A stretch of 64,000 nucleotides of DNA. Origin: Burkholderiales bacterium. GTDB taxonomy: Bacteria > Pseudomonadota > Gammaproteobacteria > Burkholderiales > SG8-39. Each line of letters begins with the position of its first letter. Position 1 is the first letter of the stretch. Location: NCBI GenBank assembly GCA_035637655.1, contig DASPWT010000112.1:176-64175 (forward strand). Reading direction: 5' to 3'. The notes beneath the pieces are model-generated. The model ran no database searches and was not told the DNA's origin. It was given only the letters and a program-made list of their open reading frames with translations. This document shows positions 28,928 to 38,464 of this stretch, one piece after another. The position numbers and the translations under genes are program-made.

Positions 28928-29504
28928 TCAACCCTTGCTCGCGCAGCAGATCCACCAGCGCGATCAGCGGCAGGCCGACGAGCGCGTTCGGATCCTCGCA
29001 TTGCATTTTCGCAATCAGCGCGATTCCCAGACCCTCGACCTTTGCGCTGCCGGCGCAGTCGTAAGCTTGCTCCCGGGCGAGGTAACGATCGATAGCCCCA
29101 TCGTCAAGCTCGCGAAAGATGACGCGACACGGGACGACGCGGACCCGGCTGGTGCCGCCGGAGGTGTTGTGTACGCACACGGCCGTATAGAACACCGCCT
29201 CGCGGCCCGATAGAGATCGAAGCTGGCGCACCGCGTTCTCGCGAGTGCCGGGTTTGCCGAGCACCTCGCCGTTTCCCACGGCGACTTGATCGCAGCCGAC
29301 GATCAGCGCGTCGCGAAAGCGGCCTGCGACTGCCAGCGATTTCGCTTCCGCGAGCCGCCGCGCCATGCCCTCCGGCGCCTCGCCCGGAAGGCGTTCTTCA
29401 GCCACACCCGGATCCGCGACTGAAAACGGAATCCCGAGCCGCTCGAGCAGGGCGCGCCGGTAGCGCGAGGTGGACGCTAGGACGAGCTGCATCAGCCTCT
29501 GCAC
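28917..29504 (-). CDS. maf: Maf-like nucleoside triphosphate pyrophosphatase (YceF type)
   Basis: Contains LVLASTSRYRRALLERLGIPF, GCDQV and YDCAGSAKVEGLG. The alternative ATG at 29492 would give a TGATG junction with the upstream gene. Confidence 0.85.
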   Translation of the reverse strand: MQRLMQLVLASTSRYRRALLERLGIPFSVADPGVAEERLPGEAPEGMARRLAEAKSLAVAGRFRDALIVGCDQVAVGNGEVLGKPGTRENAVRQLRSLSGREAVFYTAVCVHNTSGGTSRVRVVPCRVIFRELDDGAIDRYLAREQAYDCAGSAKVEGLGIALIAKMQCEDPNALVGLPLIALVDLLREQGLNVL

Positions 29505-29950
29505 TGCTGGGCAACGAGCCTCTCCTGCCGCGCGATCGCGTCCGAGTTTTCAGACTGCGGGTTCTGCTTCAGACGGGCAAGCAGATCGCGTTGCTGGTTG
29601 CATTGTTCCTGGCGCCGGGTTTGCCTGTCGTCGGTCCGCTCGGTCTGGACCGTGCTGGGGCGGGGTTCCCGATCTCTGGGCGGAATCTCCCCTTGAGGCG
29701 GATTCGACTGGCTGTTTTCCTGGGATCCGCCGGCACCGCCCGCAGCGGGCGAGGCAAGCCTGTTCGGGACTTCGCTTGCCTTGCCCCCTTGGGGCGGCCG
29801 CTCGCCGTAATGGGTCACGCCCCGCTCGTCCACCCATTTGTACACCTGGGCGAAGGCCGGCGCCGCCAGGGTCATGAAGACTAAAAAGTGCAGTAACGCT
29901 CTGAACAACTTGGAATTTCTTTTGACACTGAGGAGCAAACATAATATCAT
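29492..29950 (-). CDS. DUF4124-domain secreted protein
   Basis: A signal peptide (FLVFMTLAAPAFA) is followed by VYKWVDERGVTHYGERPP. The C-terminal half is low-complexity and Gln/Arg-rich. The start is uncertain. Confidence 0.6.
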   Translation of the reverse strand: MILCLLLSVKRNSKLFRALLHFLVFMTLAAPAFAQVYKWVDERGVTHYGERPPQGGKASEVPNRLASPAAGGAGGSQENSQSNPPQGEIPPRDREPRPSTVQTERTDDRQTRRQEQCNQQRDLLARLKQNPQSENSDAIARQERLVAQQCRG

Positions 29951-29970
29951 GCGCGCCTTATGTCGCAAGC

Positions 29971-30100
29971 GGGGTTGATAGACAACCTCCATTTTGCCCG
30001 CGCCGCACTGGAACGGTTCCCATCGCGATCGACGTCGAGCTGCAGCTCGCCGAAAACCTGCGCGAGATCTCGGGTGACATGAGTTTGAAGGAGCTCCCAT
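29971..30100 (+). pseudogene. yceD: Possible remnant of yceD (DUF177) upstream of rpmF
   Basis: Only 150 nt separate the DUF4124 gene start and rpmF, where a ~170-codon yceD normally sits. TTG at 29971 opens LIDNLHFARAALER (an IDxxxFAR-type YceD N-terminus) and stops after 36 codons. A +1 frame continues as TVPIAIDVELQLAENLRE. Confidence 0.3.
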
Positions 30101-30280
30101 ATGGCAGTCCAGCAAAACAAGAAATCTCCGTCGAAGCGCGGCATGCACCGCGCTCACGATTTCCTCACCAGCCCGCCGCTCGCGGTCGAGCCGACGACGG
30201 GCGAAGTGCATTTGCGTCATCACATCAGCCCGAGCGGGTACTATCGCGGCAAGAAGGTCGTCAAGACCAAGAGCGAGTAG
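30101..30280 (+). CDS. rpmF: 50S ribosomal protein L32
   Basis: Absent from the ORF track because it has 59 codons. My translation is [59 protein letters not shown], with RBS GAAGGAG 7 nt upstream and a TAG stop at 30278-30280. Confidence 0.9.
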   Translation: MAVQQNKKSPSKRGMHRAHDFLTSPPLAVEPTTGEVHLRHHISPSGYYRGKKVVKTKSE

Positions 30281-30363
30281 GGCTTCAGCTGGCGCAGTGA
30301 TCGGACAGAGACGGGATCGGCCCTCCCATTGAGCGAAGCAGGGAACGCTTCGCACCGCGCTTC

Positions 30364-31392
30364 GTGGAAATCACCGTAGCCATCGATTGCATGGGCGGCG
30401 ATCATGGTCCGCACGTTACCGTGCCGGCGGCGCTCAATTTCCTGAAATCCAATTCGGACGTCGACGTCGTCCTGGTGGGGTTGCGCGACGCCATCGAGGC
30501 GGAGCTCAAGGCGCGCGGTGCCCAGTCCGGTCCGCGCCTGCGCGTGCACCACGCAAGCGAGGTCGTGCTGATGGACGAATCCCCGGCGCTTGCGTTGCGC
30601 AACAAGAAGGATTCGTCAGTTCGCGTCGCGGTAGAGCTGGTCAAGAACGGCGAAGCGCAGGCCTGTGTCAGCGCCGGCAACACGGGGGCGCTGATGGCGG
30701 TCTCGCGCTTCGTTCTCAAGATGCTTCCGGGCATCGACCGCCCCGCGATCATCGCCGCGCTGCCCAGCATGCGGGGCAGCACCTACGTCCTCGATCTCGG
30801 CGCCAATGTCGATTGCGGGCCGGAGCACCTGCTGCAGTTCGCCATCATGGGGGCGACGCTGGTCGCGGCGGTGGAGCACAAGGATCGGCCGAGCGTCGGC
30901 CTGCTCAACATCGGCGAGGAGGACATCAAAGGCAACGAAGTGGTGAAGCGGGCGGCCGAGCTGCTGCGCGAGAGCGGCCTCAATTTCATCGGTAACATCG
31001 AAGGTGGCGGAATCTACAAGGGGGAAGCCGACGTGGTGGTGTGCGACGGATTCGTCGGCAACGTCATGCTCAAGGCCTCCGAGGGAATGGTGCAGATGGT
31101 ACGCAGCTTCATTCGCCAGGAATTCATGCGCAGCGTTCTCGCCAGGCTGGCCGGCGTAATCGTCATGCCGGTGCTCTACGCGTTCCGCAAGCGGCTTGAC
31201 CCGCGCCGCTTCAACGGCGCGACTTTGCTCGGATTGAGAGGAATCGTCGTGAAGAGCCACGGCTCCGCCGACGTGTTTGGATTCGAGCGCGCCATCGAGC
31301 GGGCCATGGAGGAGGTGCGCAATGAAGTGCTGCACCGCCTGATGCTGCGGTTCGGACAGGCCGAGCGGGGGAATCCCGAGGTGGAAACGTGA
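30364..31392 (+). CDS. plsX: Phosphate acyltransferase PlsX
   Basis: GTG start. Contains [11 protein letters not shown] and [12 protein letters not shown]. It is syntenic with rpmF and fabH. Confidence 0.9.
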   Translation: MEITVAIDCMGGDHGPHVTVPAALNFLKSNSDVDVVLVGLRDAIEAELKARGAQSGPRLRVHHASEVVLMDESPALALRNKKDSSVRVAVELVKNGEAQACVSAGNTGALMAVSRFVLKMLPGIDRPAIIAALPSMRGSTYVLDLGANVDCGPEHLLQFAIMGATLVAAVEHKDRPSVGLLNIGEEDIKGNEVVKRAAELLRESGLNFIGNIEGGGIYKGEADVVVCDGFVGNVMLKASEGMVQMVRSFIRQEFMRSVLARLAGVIVMPVLYAFRKRLDPRRFNGATLLGLRGIVVKSHGSADVFGFERAIERAMEEVRNEVLHRLMLRFGQAERGNPEVET

Positions 31393-32348
31393 TCTGGTCG
31401 CGCATCATCGGCACCGGGAGCTATTTGCCGCCGAAGCTCGTCACCAACGACGATCTGGCCAAACAAATGGACACCACCGACGAATGGATCCGGACGCGCA
31501 CCGGCATTCGCCAGCGTCACATCGCCGAACCCTCGCAGGCCGCCAGCGACCTCGGTGTCGAGGCCAGCCGCGCGGCGCTTGCCGCGGCGCGCATCGGCGC
31601 GCAGGAAATCGATCTCATCATTGTGGCCACGGCGACGCCCGACTACATTTTTCCGAGCACGGCTTGCATCATGCAGGCGAAGCTGGGCATAAAGGGCTGC
31701 GCCGCGTTCGATATTCAGGCCGTCTGCAGCGGTTTCGTATATGCGCTGGCGATCGCCGACAAATTGATCCGATCGGGCCAGCATCGCTGCGCTCTCATCG
31801 TCGGCACCGAAGTGTATTCGCGCATCCTCGACTGGAAAGATCGCGGCACTGCGGTCCTGTTCGGCGACGGCGCCGGCGCAGTGGTCCTCCGGGCGGACGC
31901 CAAGCCCGGCATCATGGCTAGCGTGCTGCACGCCGACGGGTCGTACGTCGACATTCTTTCGGTGCCCGGCAACGTTTGCGACGGCAAGATCGTCGGGTCG
32001 CCGTTTCTGCAGATGGACGGGCAAGCGGTTTTCAAGTTTGCGGTCAAGGTGCTGGACGAGGTCGCGCGCGAGACCTTGGCCTTGTGCGGTCTCACCCCCG
32101 TGGACATCGACTGGCTCATTCCGCACCAGGCCAACGTGCGCATCCTCGAGGCGACCGCGAGGAAGCTCGGCGTCGATCTGTCGAAGCTCGTCGTCACCGT
32201 GGACCTTCACGGCAATACGTCGGCCGCTTCGGTGCCTCTCGCGCTGGATGTGGCGATCCGAGACGGGCGCATCAAGCCGGGCCACAAGGTCATGCTCCAG
32301 GGGGTGGGCGGCGGCTTCACCTGGGGCGCGTTACTGGTGGAGATGTAG
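31389..32348 (+). CDS. fabH: 3-oxoacyl-ACP synthase III
   Basis: The GTGA overlap with plsX marks the start. The Cys-His-Asn triad contexts are [16 protein letters not shown] and HGNTSAAS. Confidence 0.9.
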   Translation: MIWSRIIGTGSYLPPKLVTNDDLAKQMDTTDEWIRTRTGIRQRHIAEPSQAASDLGVEASRAALAAARIGAQEIDLIIVATATPDYIFPSTACIMQAKLGIKGCAAFDIQAVCSGFVYALAIADKLIRSGQHRCALIVGTEVYSRILDWKDRGTAVLFGDGAGAVVLRADAKPGIMASVLHADGSYVDILSVPGNVCDGKIVGSPFLQMDGQAVFKFAVKVLDEVARETLALCGLTPVDIDWLIPHQANVRILEATARKLGVDLSKLVVTVDLHGNTSAASVPLALDVAIRDGRIKPGHKVMLQGVGGGFTWGALLVEM

Positions 32349-32353
32349 TCGAG

Positions 32354-33289
32354 GTGAAGTTCGCGATGGTTTTTCCAGGCCAAGGGTCGCAGTCGGTGGG
32401 GATGCTCGCCGGCTACGGCGACATGCCCGCGATCCGTGAGACGCTTGCCGAAGCATCCGATGTCCTGAAGCAGGACCTCGCCAAGTTGATCGCCGAAGGC
32501 CCTGCGGAGGAACTCAACAGCACCGTCAATACCCAGCCGGTCATGGTGACGGCGGGCATCTGTGCCTGGCGCGCGTGGCGGGAGTCGGGCGGCGCCGAGC
32601 CCTCGCTGCTTGCCGGTCACAGCCTCGGCGAGTACACCGCGCTCGTTGCGGCCGGCGCGATTTCCTTCGCCGACTGCCTCCCCCTGGTGCGCCTGCGCGG
32701 CCGGGCGATGCAGGACGCGGTGCCGCACGGCAGCGGCGCGATGGCGGCCATCCTGGGCCTGGATGACGAAGCGGTAAAGGCGGCGTGTGCCGAAGCCGCA
32801 CAGGGCGATGTCTGCGAGGCGGTAAACTTCAATGCGCCGGGACAAGTGGTCATCGCCGGACACGCTGGCGCTGTGCAGCGGGCGATCGAGGCCGCAAAGG
32901 CGCGAGGCGCGAAGCGGGCGGTCGCCCTGCCGGTGAGCGCTCCATTCCACTCCTCGTTGATGGCTCCGGCTGCGGCAAGGCTGAGAGAAGCGCTCGAGAG
33001 AATCGCAGTGAATTCTCCGCGAATCCCGGTCATCCATAATGTCGATGCGAGGAGCCGCGCCGACGCCGCAGGGGTCAAGAAGGCGCTGGTGACTCAGGCT
33101 GACCATCCGGTGCGCTGGGCTGAGTGCGTGAGGGAGATGGCGGCACGAGGCGTGACGCAGATTTTCGAATGCGGCCCGGGTAAGGTGCTCGCGCCGCTTG
33201 TCAGGCGCACTGCCGGGGAATTGCAGGGCATTGCGCTCGCCGACCGTGCGGGGCTCGAGCAGGGCGCGCAATTGTCGAAAGCTGCATGA
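32354..33289 (+). CDS. fabD: Malonyl-CoA-ACP transacylase
   Basis: Contains FAMVFPGQGSQ and GHSLGEY. GTG at 32354 is preferred, with ATG 32366 as an alternative. The ORF-track start at 31976 is inside fabH. Confidence 0.9.
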   Translation: MKFAMVFPGQGSQSVGMLAGYGDMPAIRETLAEASDVLKQDLAKLIAEGPAEELNSTVNTQPVMVTAGICAWRAWRESGGAEPSLLAGHSLGEYTALVAAGAISFADCLPLVRLRGRAMQDAVPHGSGAMAAILGLDDEAVKAACAEAAQGDVCEAVNFNAPGQVVIAGHAGAVQRAIEAAKARGAKRAVALPVSAPFHSSLMAPAAARLREALERIAVNSPRIPVIHNVDARSRADAAGVKKALVTQADHPVRWAECVREMAARGVTQIFECGPGKVLAPLVRRTAGELQGIALADRAGLEQGAQLSKAA

Positions 33290-34032
33290 TGGATCTCGAG
33301 GGTCAAGTTGCGCTGGTGACGGGCGCATCGCGCGGAATCGGCAGGTCGATCGCTCTCGCGCTCGGCGGCCGGGGCGCGACCGTTGTCGGCACCGCTACCA
33401 CCGAGGCCGGCTCTCAATCCATCGCGGCGTACCTCTCCCAGGCGCGGATCCAAGGAAAGGGAGCGCAGCTCGACGTCCGCATCGCGACGAACATCGAGCT
33501 TCTGGTGGCCGAGATCGAGCGGGCCCACGGAGCAGTGTCGATTCTCGTGAACAATGCCGGCATCGCCCAGGACAACCTCGCCATGCGCATGAAGGAAGCC
33601 GAGTGGGATGCGGTGATCGACACCAACCTCAAATCCGTGTTCCGGCTCTCCAAGGCGGTATTGCGCGGCATGATGAAAGCGCGTTCGGGCCGGATCATCA
33701 ACATCACTTCCGTGGTCGGCTCGAGCGGAAACGCGGGCCAAATCAACTATGCGGCGGCGAAGGCCGGTATCGCGGGCTTGACGCGGTCCCTCGCATGGGA
33801 GATCGGCAGCCGCGGCATCACCGCCAATTGCGTCGCGCCCGGCTTCATCGACACGGACATGACCCGAGCGCTCACGGACGCGCAACGCGAGGCGCTGCTC
33901 CGGCATATTCCCTTGGGGCGCCTCGGAAATCCGGAAGACGTGGCCGCCGTGGTGGCGTTTCTCGCTTCACCGCGGGCCGCTTATATCACCGGCACGACCC
34001 TTCACGTCAACGGCGGCATGTACATGAGCTGA
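33286..34032 (+). CDS. fabG: 3-oxoacyl-ACP reductase
   Basis: ATGA coupling to fabD. Contains VTGASRGIGR, NNAG and YAAAKAG (YxxxK). Confidence 0.9.
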   Translation: MMDLEGQVALVTGASRGIGRSIALALGGRGATVVGTATTEAGSQSIAAYLSQARIQGKGAQLDVRIATNIELLVAEIERAHGAVSILVNNAGIAQDNLAMRMKEAEWDAVIDTNLKSVFRLSKAVLRGMMKARSGRIINITSVVGSSGNAGQINYAAAKAGIAGLTRSLAWEIGSRGITANCVAPGFIDTDMTRALTDAQREALLRHIPLGRLGNPEDVAAVVAFLASPRAAYITGTTLHVNGGMYMS

Positions 34033-34131
34033 GAGGCGTGACCAGATTGGCTTGCCGGGAGGAAAGGCGATTCTGCTACAATTCGCACCTCCGAATTCGA
34101 TTGCAGCAAAACAAAGGGGAAGGAGCCCGCA

Positions 34132-34374
34132 ATGGAAAACGTTGAACAGCGCGTCAAGAAAATCGTCGCGGAGCAGCTCGGCGTAAACGAGGCGGAGATC
34201 AAGAACGAATCCTCGTTTGTCGACGACCTCGGCGCGGACTCGCTCGACACCGTCGAACTCGTGATGGCTCTCGAAGAAGAATTCGAGACGGAGATTCCGG
34301 ATGAGGAGGCTGAAAAGATCACTACCGTCCGGCAGGCCATCGACTACGTGAACGCCCACGCCAAGAAACCCTGA
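34132..34374 (+). CDS. acpP: Acyl carrier protein (housekeeping)
   Basis: Canonical [20 protein letters not shown]. Confidence 0.95.
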   Translation: MENVEQRVKKIVAEQLGVNEAEIKNESSFVDDLGADSLDTVELVMALEEEFETEIPDEEAEKITTVRQAIDYVNAHAKKP

Positions 34375-34398
34375 TTTCTCCCCACGGCCGGAGTCGAT

Positions 34399-35637
34399 TT
34401 GAGCCGCCGTCGTGTCGTTGTCACCGGATTAGGAATTGTCTGCCCGATCGGCAACACGGTTGCCGAAGCCTGGTCAAGCGTGCTTGCCGCCAAGTCCGGC
34501 ATCGGCCGCATCACGCATTTTGATCCGGGTCTGCTCTCCAGCCAGATCGCAGGCGAGGTAAGGAACTTCGACGTCGCCGCGTATCTGTCGCCGAAAGAGG
34601 CGCGCCGCATGGACCGTTTCATCCATCTCGGCATCGCGGCCGGGGTTCAGGCGCTGAAAGACTCCGGCCTCGAGGTCACCGAGGCCAATGCCGCCCGCAT
34701 CGGCGTCAATATCGGCTCGGGCATCGGCGGACTGCCGATGATCGAACAGACGCATAACGACGTGCTGAAGGGTGGCCCGCGCAAGATTTCGCCGTTCTTC
34801 ATTCCCAGCACGATCATCAACATGATCTCGGGAAATCTGTCGATCATGCATGGACTCAAGGGGCCGAATTTGGCGATGGTAACGGCTTGCACGACCTCCG
34901 CGCACTGCATCGGTGAATCCGGGCGTCTTATCGAATACGGCGACTGCGATGCGATGGTCGCCGGCGGCGCGGAGGCGACCATCACGCTGCTCACGGTGGG
35001 CGGCTTCGCTGCAGCGCGCGCGCTGTCGACGCGCAACGACGATCCCGCCACGGCGAGCCGTCCCTGGGACAAGGATCGCGACGGATTCGTTCTGGGAGAG
35101 GGAGCGGGAGTGGTGGTGCTCGAGGAATTCGATCACGCGAAGCGGCGCGGCGCGAAGGTTTACGCCGAGCTCGCCGGTTACGGGATGAGCGGTGACGCCT
35201 ACCACATGACCGCGCCCCAGGAGAGCGGCGAGGGGGCGGCCCGCTGCATGGAGAACGCCTTGCGCAACGCCGGACTCAATCGCGAGGACATCGACTACAT
35301 CAACGCCCACGGAACCTCGACACCTCTGGGCGACCTCGCCGAGACCGTAGCGGTCAAACGCTGCTTCGGCGATCAAGCAAGGAAGCTCGCCGTCAGCTCG
35401 ACCAAATCCATGACCGGGCACTTGCTCGGCGCGGCCGGAGGAGTGGAGGCGATTTTCTCGGTGCTCGCGATTCGCGATCAGATCGCGCCTCCGACCGCGA
35501 ACTTGTTCAACCAGGACCCGGCTTGCGATCTCGATTATGTGCCCAATGCGGCGCGGCGCATGCGGCTGCGCTCCGCCCTGTCGAACTCTTTTGGGTTCGG
35601 AGGCACCAACGGGACACTGATTTTCAAACGCGTTTGA
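34399..35637 (+). CDS. fabF: 3-oxoacyl-ACP synthase II
   Basis: TTG start. Contains [29 protein letters not shown] and SFGFGGTNG. Confidence 0.9.
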   Translation: MSRRRVVVTGLGIVCPIGNTVAEAWSSVLAAKSGIGRITHFDPGLLSSQIAGEVRNFDVAAYLSPKEARRMDRFIHLGIAAGVQALKDSGLEVTEANAARIGVNIGSGIGGLPMIEQTHNDVLKGGPRKISPFFIPSTIINMISGNLSIMHGLKGPNLAMVTACTTSAHCIGESGRLIEYGDCDAMVAGGAEATITLLTVGGFAAARALSTRNDDPATASRPWDKDRDGFVLGEGAGVVVLEEFDHAKRRGAKVYAELAGYGMSGDAYHMTAPQESGEGAARCMENALRNAGLNREDIDYINAHGTSTPLGDLAETVAVKRCFGDQARKLAVSSTKSMTGHLLGAAGGVEAIFSVLAIRDQIAPPTANLFNQDPACDLDYVPNAARRMRLRSALSNSFGFGGTNGTLIFKRV

Positions 35638-35665
35638 TCCCGAAAAGAGGTGAAGACGAGCGCTC

Positions 35666-36130
35666 ATGTCGGCTGCGTCCACGCTGCAGTTCGATCTCAA
35701 GCCCTCGCTCAAGCTTGCAGGCTTGCTTCTCGTTGCCCATGTTCTCGCGCTCGCGGCTAGCTGGGTGAGCTTGACCGGTTGGCCGCAGGTTCTGGTCGGT
35801 TTCGGCGTCCTGCTCTCGGGCACCGGCTGCCTTGCCGAGGTCCTGCACCGGTCCCCCCGGGCGGCGGTATCGCTCGAGTTGCGAGAGGACGGGCGCGCTT
35901 CCTGGCGGGACCGTGACGGCGGGTGGCATGAAGGCAGGCTTGGCAGCGACCATTTCGTTTCGGCAGCATTCGTAGTCCTGGGGCTCGATCAGACGGGGCG
36001 CGGCCGCAAATGGCTGGTGCTCATGGGCGATTCGGCCTTGCCCGAGGACTTTCGGCGCCTTCGGGTCTGGCTGCGCTGGCGCCGCGAGCTTGGATCCGGA
36101 GGGAGCCAGACGCGGACTGGCACGGAATAA
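35666..36130 (+). CDS. Two-TM membrane protein, YgfX/CptA-like (DUF1434-like)
   Basis: Two N-terminal TM helices are followed by SLELREDGRASWRD and WLVLMGDSALPEDFRRLRVWLR. This resembles E. coli YgfX ...LWLAADSMDEAEWRDLRRIL, recalled from memory. Confidence 0.45.
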   Translation: MSAASTLQFDLKPSLKLAGLLLVAHVLALAASWVSLTGWPQVLVGFGVLLSGTGCLAEVLHRSPRAAVSLELREDGRASWRDRDGGWHEGRLGSDHFVSAAFVVLGLDQTGRGRKWLVLMGDSALPEDFRRLRVWLRWRRELGSGGSQTRTGTE

Positions 36131-36144
36131 CTCCGTAAGCGGCT

Positions 36145-36171
36145 GAACTATTCTTCAAGGGACGAGTCTGT
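36145..36171 (+). promoter_or_regulatory. Sigma-E (AlgU/RpoE)-type promoter candidate upstream of rpoE
   Basis: GAACTA (36145-36150), a 16-nt spacer, then TCTGT (36167-36171). The consensus is GAACTT-N16/17-TCTGA, and rpoE autoregulation is established in other proteobacteria. Confidence 0.5.
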
Positions 36172-36274
36172 AGCTGCAGGGCCCGGGGCTGCGTACACAC
36201 TGCGGTATACTGGCCGCCGCCTGTGGACAACTTAGAACAGAAGCGCAACACCGCTTCGTCAGGGACGGCGGCGG

Positions 36275-36874
36275 ATGGATGAGCGGGATCTCGACCGGCA
36301 GCTGGTCGAGCGGGTTCAGCAAGGCGACAAGCACGCCTTCGAGCTGCTGGTGTCGAAATACCAGCGAAAGCTGGCGCGGTTGCTGTCCCGGTTCATCCGG
36401 GACTCGACAGAGGTCGAGGATGTCACGCAGGAGACGTTCATCAAGGCTTACCGCGCGTTGCCCTCGTTCCGGGGCGACAGCGCGTTTTATACGTGGTTGT
36501 ACCGCATCGGCATCAACACGGCGAAGAACTACCTGGTGGCGCTGGGGCGGCGCGTCCCGACCACGACCGAGTTCGATTCCGAGGACGCAGAAGGGTTCGA
36601 GGGCGGCGAGCAATTGCGCGACATCAACACGCCCGAGAGCATGCTGATGACCAGGGAGATCGCGAACACCGTCAACGACACCTTGAAGCAGCTGCCCGAA
36701 GAGCTGCGCAACGCCATCACGCTGCGCGAGATCGAAGGCTTGAGTTACGAGGACATTGCGGCCATCATGAATTGCCCGATCGGCACGGTTCGTTCGAGAA
36801 TATTTCGCGCGCGCGAGGCAATCGCCGAAAAACTGCGACCCCTGCTCGACACGCGCAAGGACCAAAGGTGGTGA
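36275..36874 (+). CDS. rpoE: ECF sigma factor sigma-E
   Basis: LVERVQQGDKHAFELLVSKYQRKLARLLSRFI is near-identical in pattern to RpoE/AlgU. Region 4 is GLSYEDIAAIMNCPIGTVRSR. Confidence 0.95.
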   Translation: MDERDLDRQLVERVQQGDKHAFELLVSKYQRKLARLLSRFIRDSTEVEDVTQETFIKAYRALPSFRGDSAFYTWLYRIGINTAKNYLVALGRRVPTTTEFDSEDAEGFEGGEQLRDINTPESMLMTREIANTVNDTLKQLPEELRNAITLREIEGLSYEDIAAIMNCPIGTVRSRIFRAREAIAEKLRPLLDTRKDQRW

Positions 36875-36876
36875 TC

Positions 36877-37392
36877 ATGAAGGAAAAACTATCGGCGCTG
36901 ATCGACGGCGAGTTTCAGGGCGACGGACTTCACGCGCATCTCGGACGTCTCCGAGCGGACCCGGAATTGCAAAGGGCGTGGGACACCTATCACCTGATCG
37001 GCGATGCGCTCAGGGGCCAGATCAGCCCGGCGATCGCCGATCGCGTAGCCGCTCGCCTGCGCGAGGAGCCCACAGTGCTCGCCCCGCGGCCGCAGCGTCC
37101 TTCCGGGCGCCTCGGCTGGTACGCCATGTCCGCCGCCGCCAGCGTCGCCGCCGTGGTCTTCGTCGCGTGGACGGCTTCCCCTGGCTGGCGTGCCGAGCCG
37201 CAACTCGCCGGGAGTCCCGCCGCGGCCACGGTCGCGACCCCGGCCGCGGTCACTCTGGTCTCCAGCGTGCCGCCCGCCGAAGTCGAGAACTACCTGCTCG
37301 CCCATCAGCCTTATTCCCACACGAGTGCCATGCAAGGAATCGCACCCTACGGGCGCAGCGTGGCTGACGAGCGCGGGGCAGCAAGGAAATGA
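36877..37392 (+). CDS. rseA: Anti-sigma-E factor RseA/MucA
   Basis: ATG at 36877. Contains MKEKLSALIDGE...ELQRAWDTYHLIGDALRG and a central TM (YAMSAAASVAAVVFVAW). Confidence 0.85.
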   Translation: MKEKLSALIDGEFQGDGLHAHLGRLRADPELQRAWDTYHLIGDALRGQISPAIADRVAARLREEPTVLAPRPQRPSGRLGWYAMSAAASVAAVVFVAWTASPGWRAEPQLAGSPAAATVATPAAVTLVSSVPPAEVENYLLAHQPYSHTSAMQGIAPYGRSVADERGAARK

Positions 37393-38375
37393 CGCCGCCC
37401 CTGGCGTTACGCGTGCGGCAGGCAGTAGGGATCCTGCCGTTCCTGCTTCCGGCAACCGCGGCGATAGCCCAGACCGACATCTCCGCGCTGCAATGGCTTC
37501 AGCGCATCTACGCCGCCACCGAAAAGCTCAGCTACTCGGGCACGTTCGTATACCAGCAGGGCCAGCAAGTCGAAACCTCCCGCATCACTCACGTCGTCGG
37601 GCCTTCGGGACCGCGCGAGCGGCTGGAAACCCTGGACGGAGTACCTCGCGAGATTATCCGTACCGGCGACGAAGTCGTGTGCTACCTGCCTGGGAGCCTG
37701 ACGGTAAAGATCGACAAGCAGCCCGACCGCCGGCCGTTTCCCGCGATCCTTTCAGAGCAACTCAAGGACGTGTCGGAGAACTACACCATCAGGAAAGGCG
37801 AGATCGAGCGCGTCGGGGGCTACAGTTGCCAGGTCCTCGCACTGGCGCCCAAAGACCGGATGCGATACGGTCACCGGCTTTGGGCGGATCTCAATACCGG
37901 CATGCTGCTCAAGGCGAAGACCTTCGATGAGAACAACGAGCTTCTGGAGCAGTTCGCATTCACGCAGCTCAAGATCGGCGGCCACATCGGTCGCGATCAG
38001 CTGAAGGCACGCTATTTCCGCGAAAGCCGGGCCTGGCGCGTCGAGGATTCGGGCGCTACCCGCGCCAATCTGGCAGAAGCCGGATGGGCGATCCGTTCCA
38101 GGCCTGCGGGCTTTCGCACCGTGGCCGAGCTGATTCGCACCATGGGGGGCACCGTAGGGGTCGGACATATCGTGCTGTCCGACGGGCTTGCCGCGATCTC
38201 GGTATTCATCGAACCCGCAACGAGCAAACAGCCGGCGCCGCAGCCGGGTCTGGTGCGGCAGGGGGCGATCAACGTGTACGTGCGCCCGGTAGGCAGCTAC
38301 TGGGTTACGGTAGTCGGCGAAGCGCCTGCAGAGAGCGTAAAATACATCGCCAACGCGGTGGAATACCGCAAGTAA
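37389..38375 (+). CDS. rseB: Sigma-E regulatory protein RseB/MucB
   Basis: ATGA coupling to rseA and a signal peptide. Contains ALQWLQRIYAATEKLSYSGTFVYQ. Confidence 0.85.
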   Translation: MTPPLALRVRQAVGILPFLLPATAAIAQTDISALQWLQRIYAATEKLSYSGTFVYQQGQQVETSRITHVVGPSGPRERLETLDGVPREIIRTGDEVVCYLPGSLTVKIDKQPDRRPFPAILSEQLKDVSENYTIRKGEIERVGGYSCQVLALAPKDRMRYGHRLWADLNTGMLLKAKTFDENNELLEQFAFTQLKIGGHIGRDQLKARYFRESRAWRVEDSGATRANLAEAGWAIRSRPAGFRTVAELIRTMGGTVGVGHIVLSDGLAAISVFIEPATSKQPAPQPGLVRQGAINVYVRPVGSYWVTVVGEAPAESVKYIANAVEYRK

Positions 38376-38464
38376 AACCCGGCGACTTCCATTGAATCAG
38401 TCCGACTCCTGGTAGGCGGGGTTGCGTCGCGGTTTTCTGCCTGCTCGATTCCAAGGACCCTCTG

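Noticed and set aside
38376-38464. A sigma-E promoter upstream of degP.
   Set aside because: CGACTT is present, but no TCTGA/TCAAA-like -10 element lies at a 16-17-nt spacing. degP may simply be read through from rseB.
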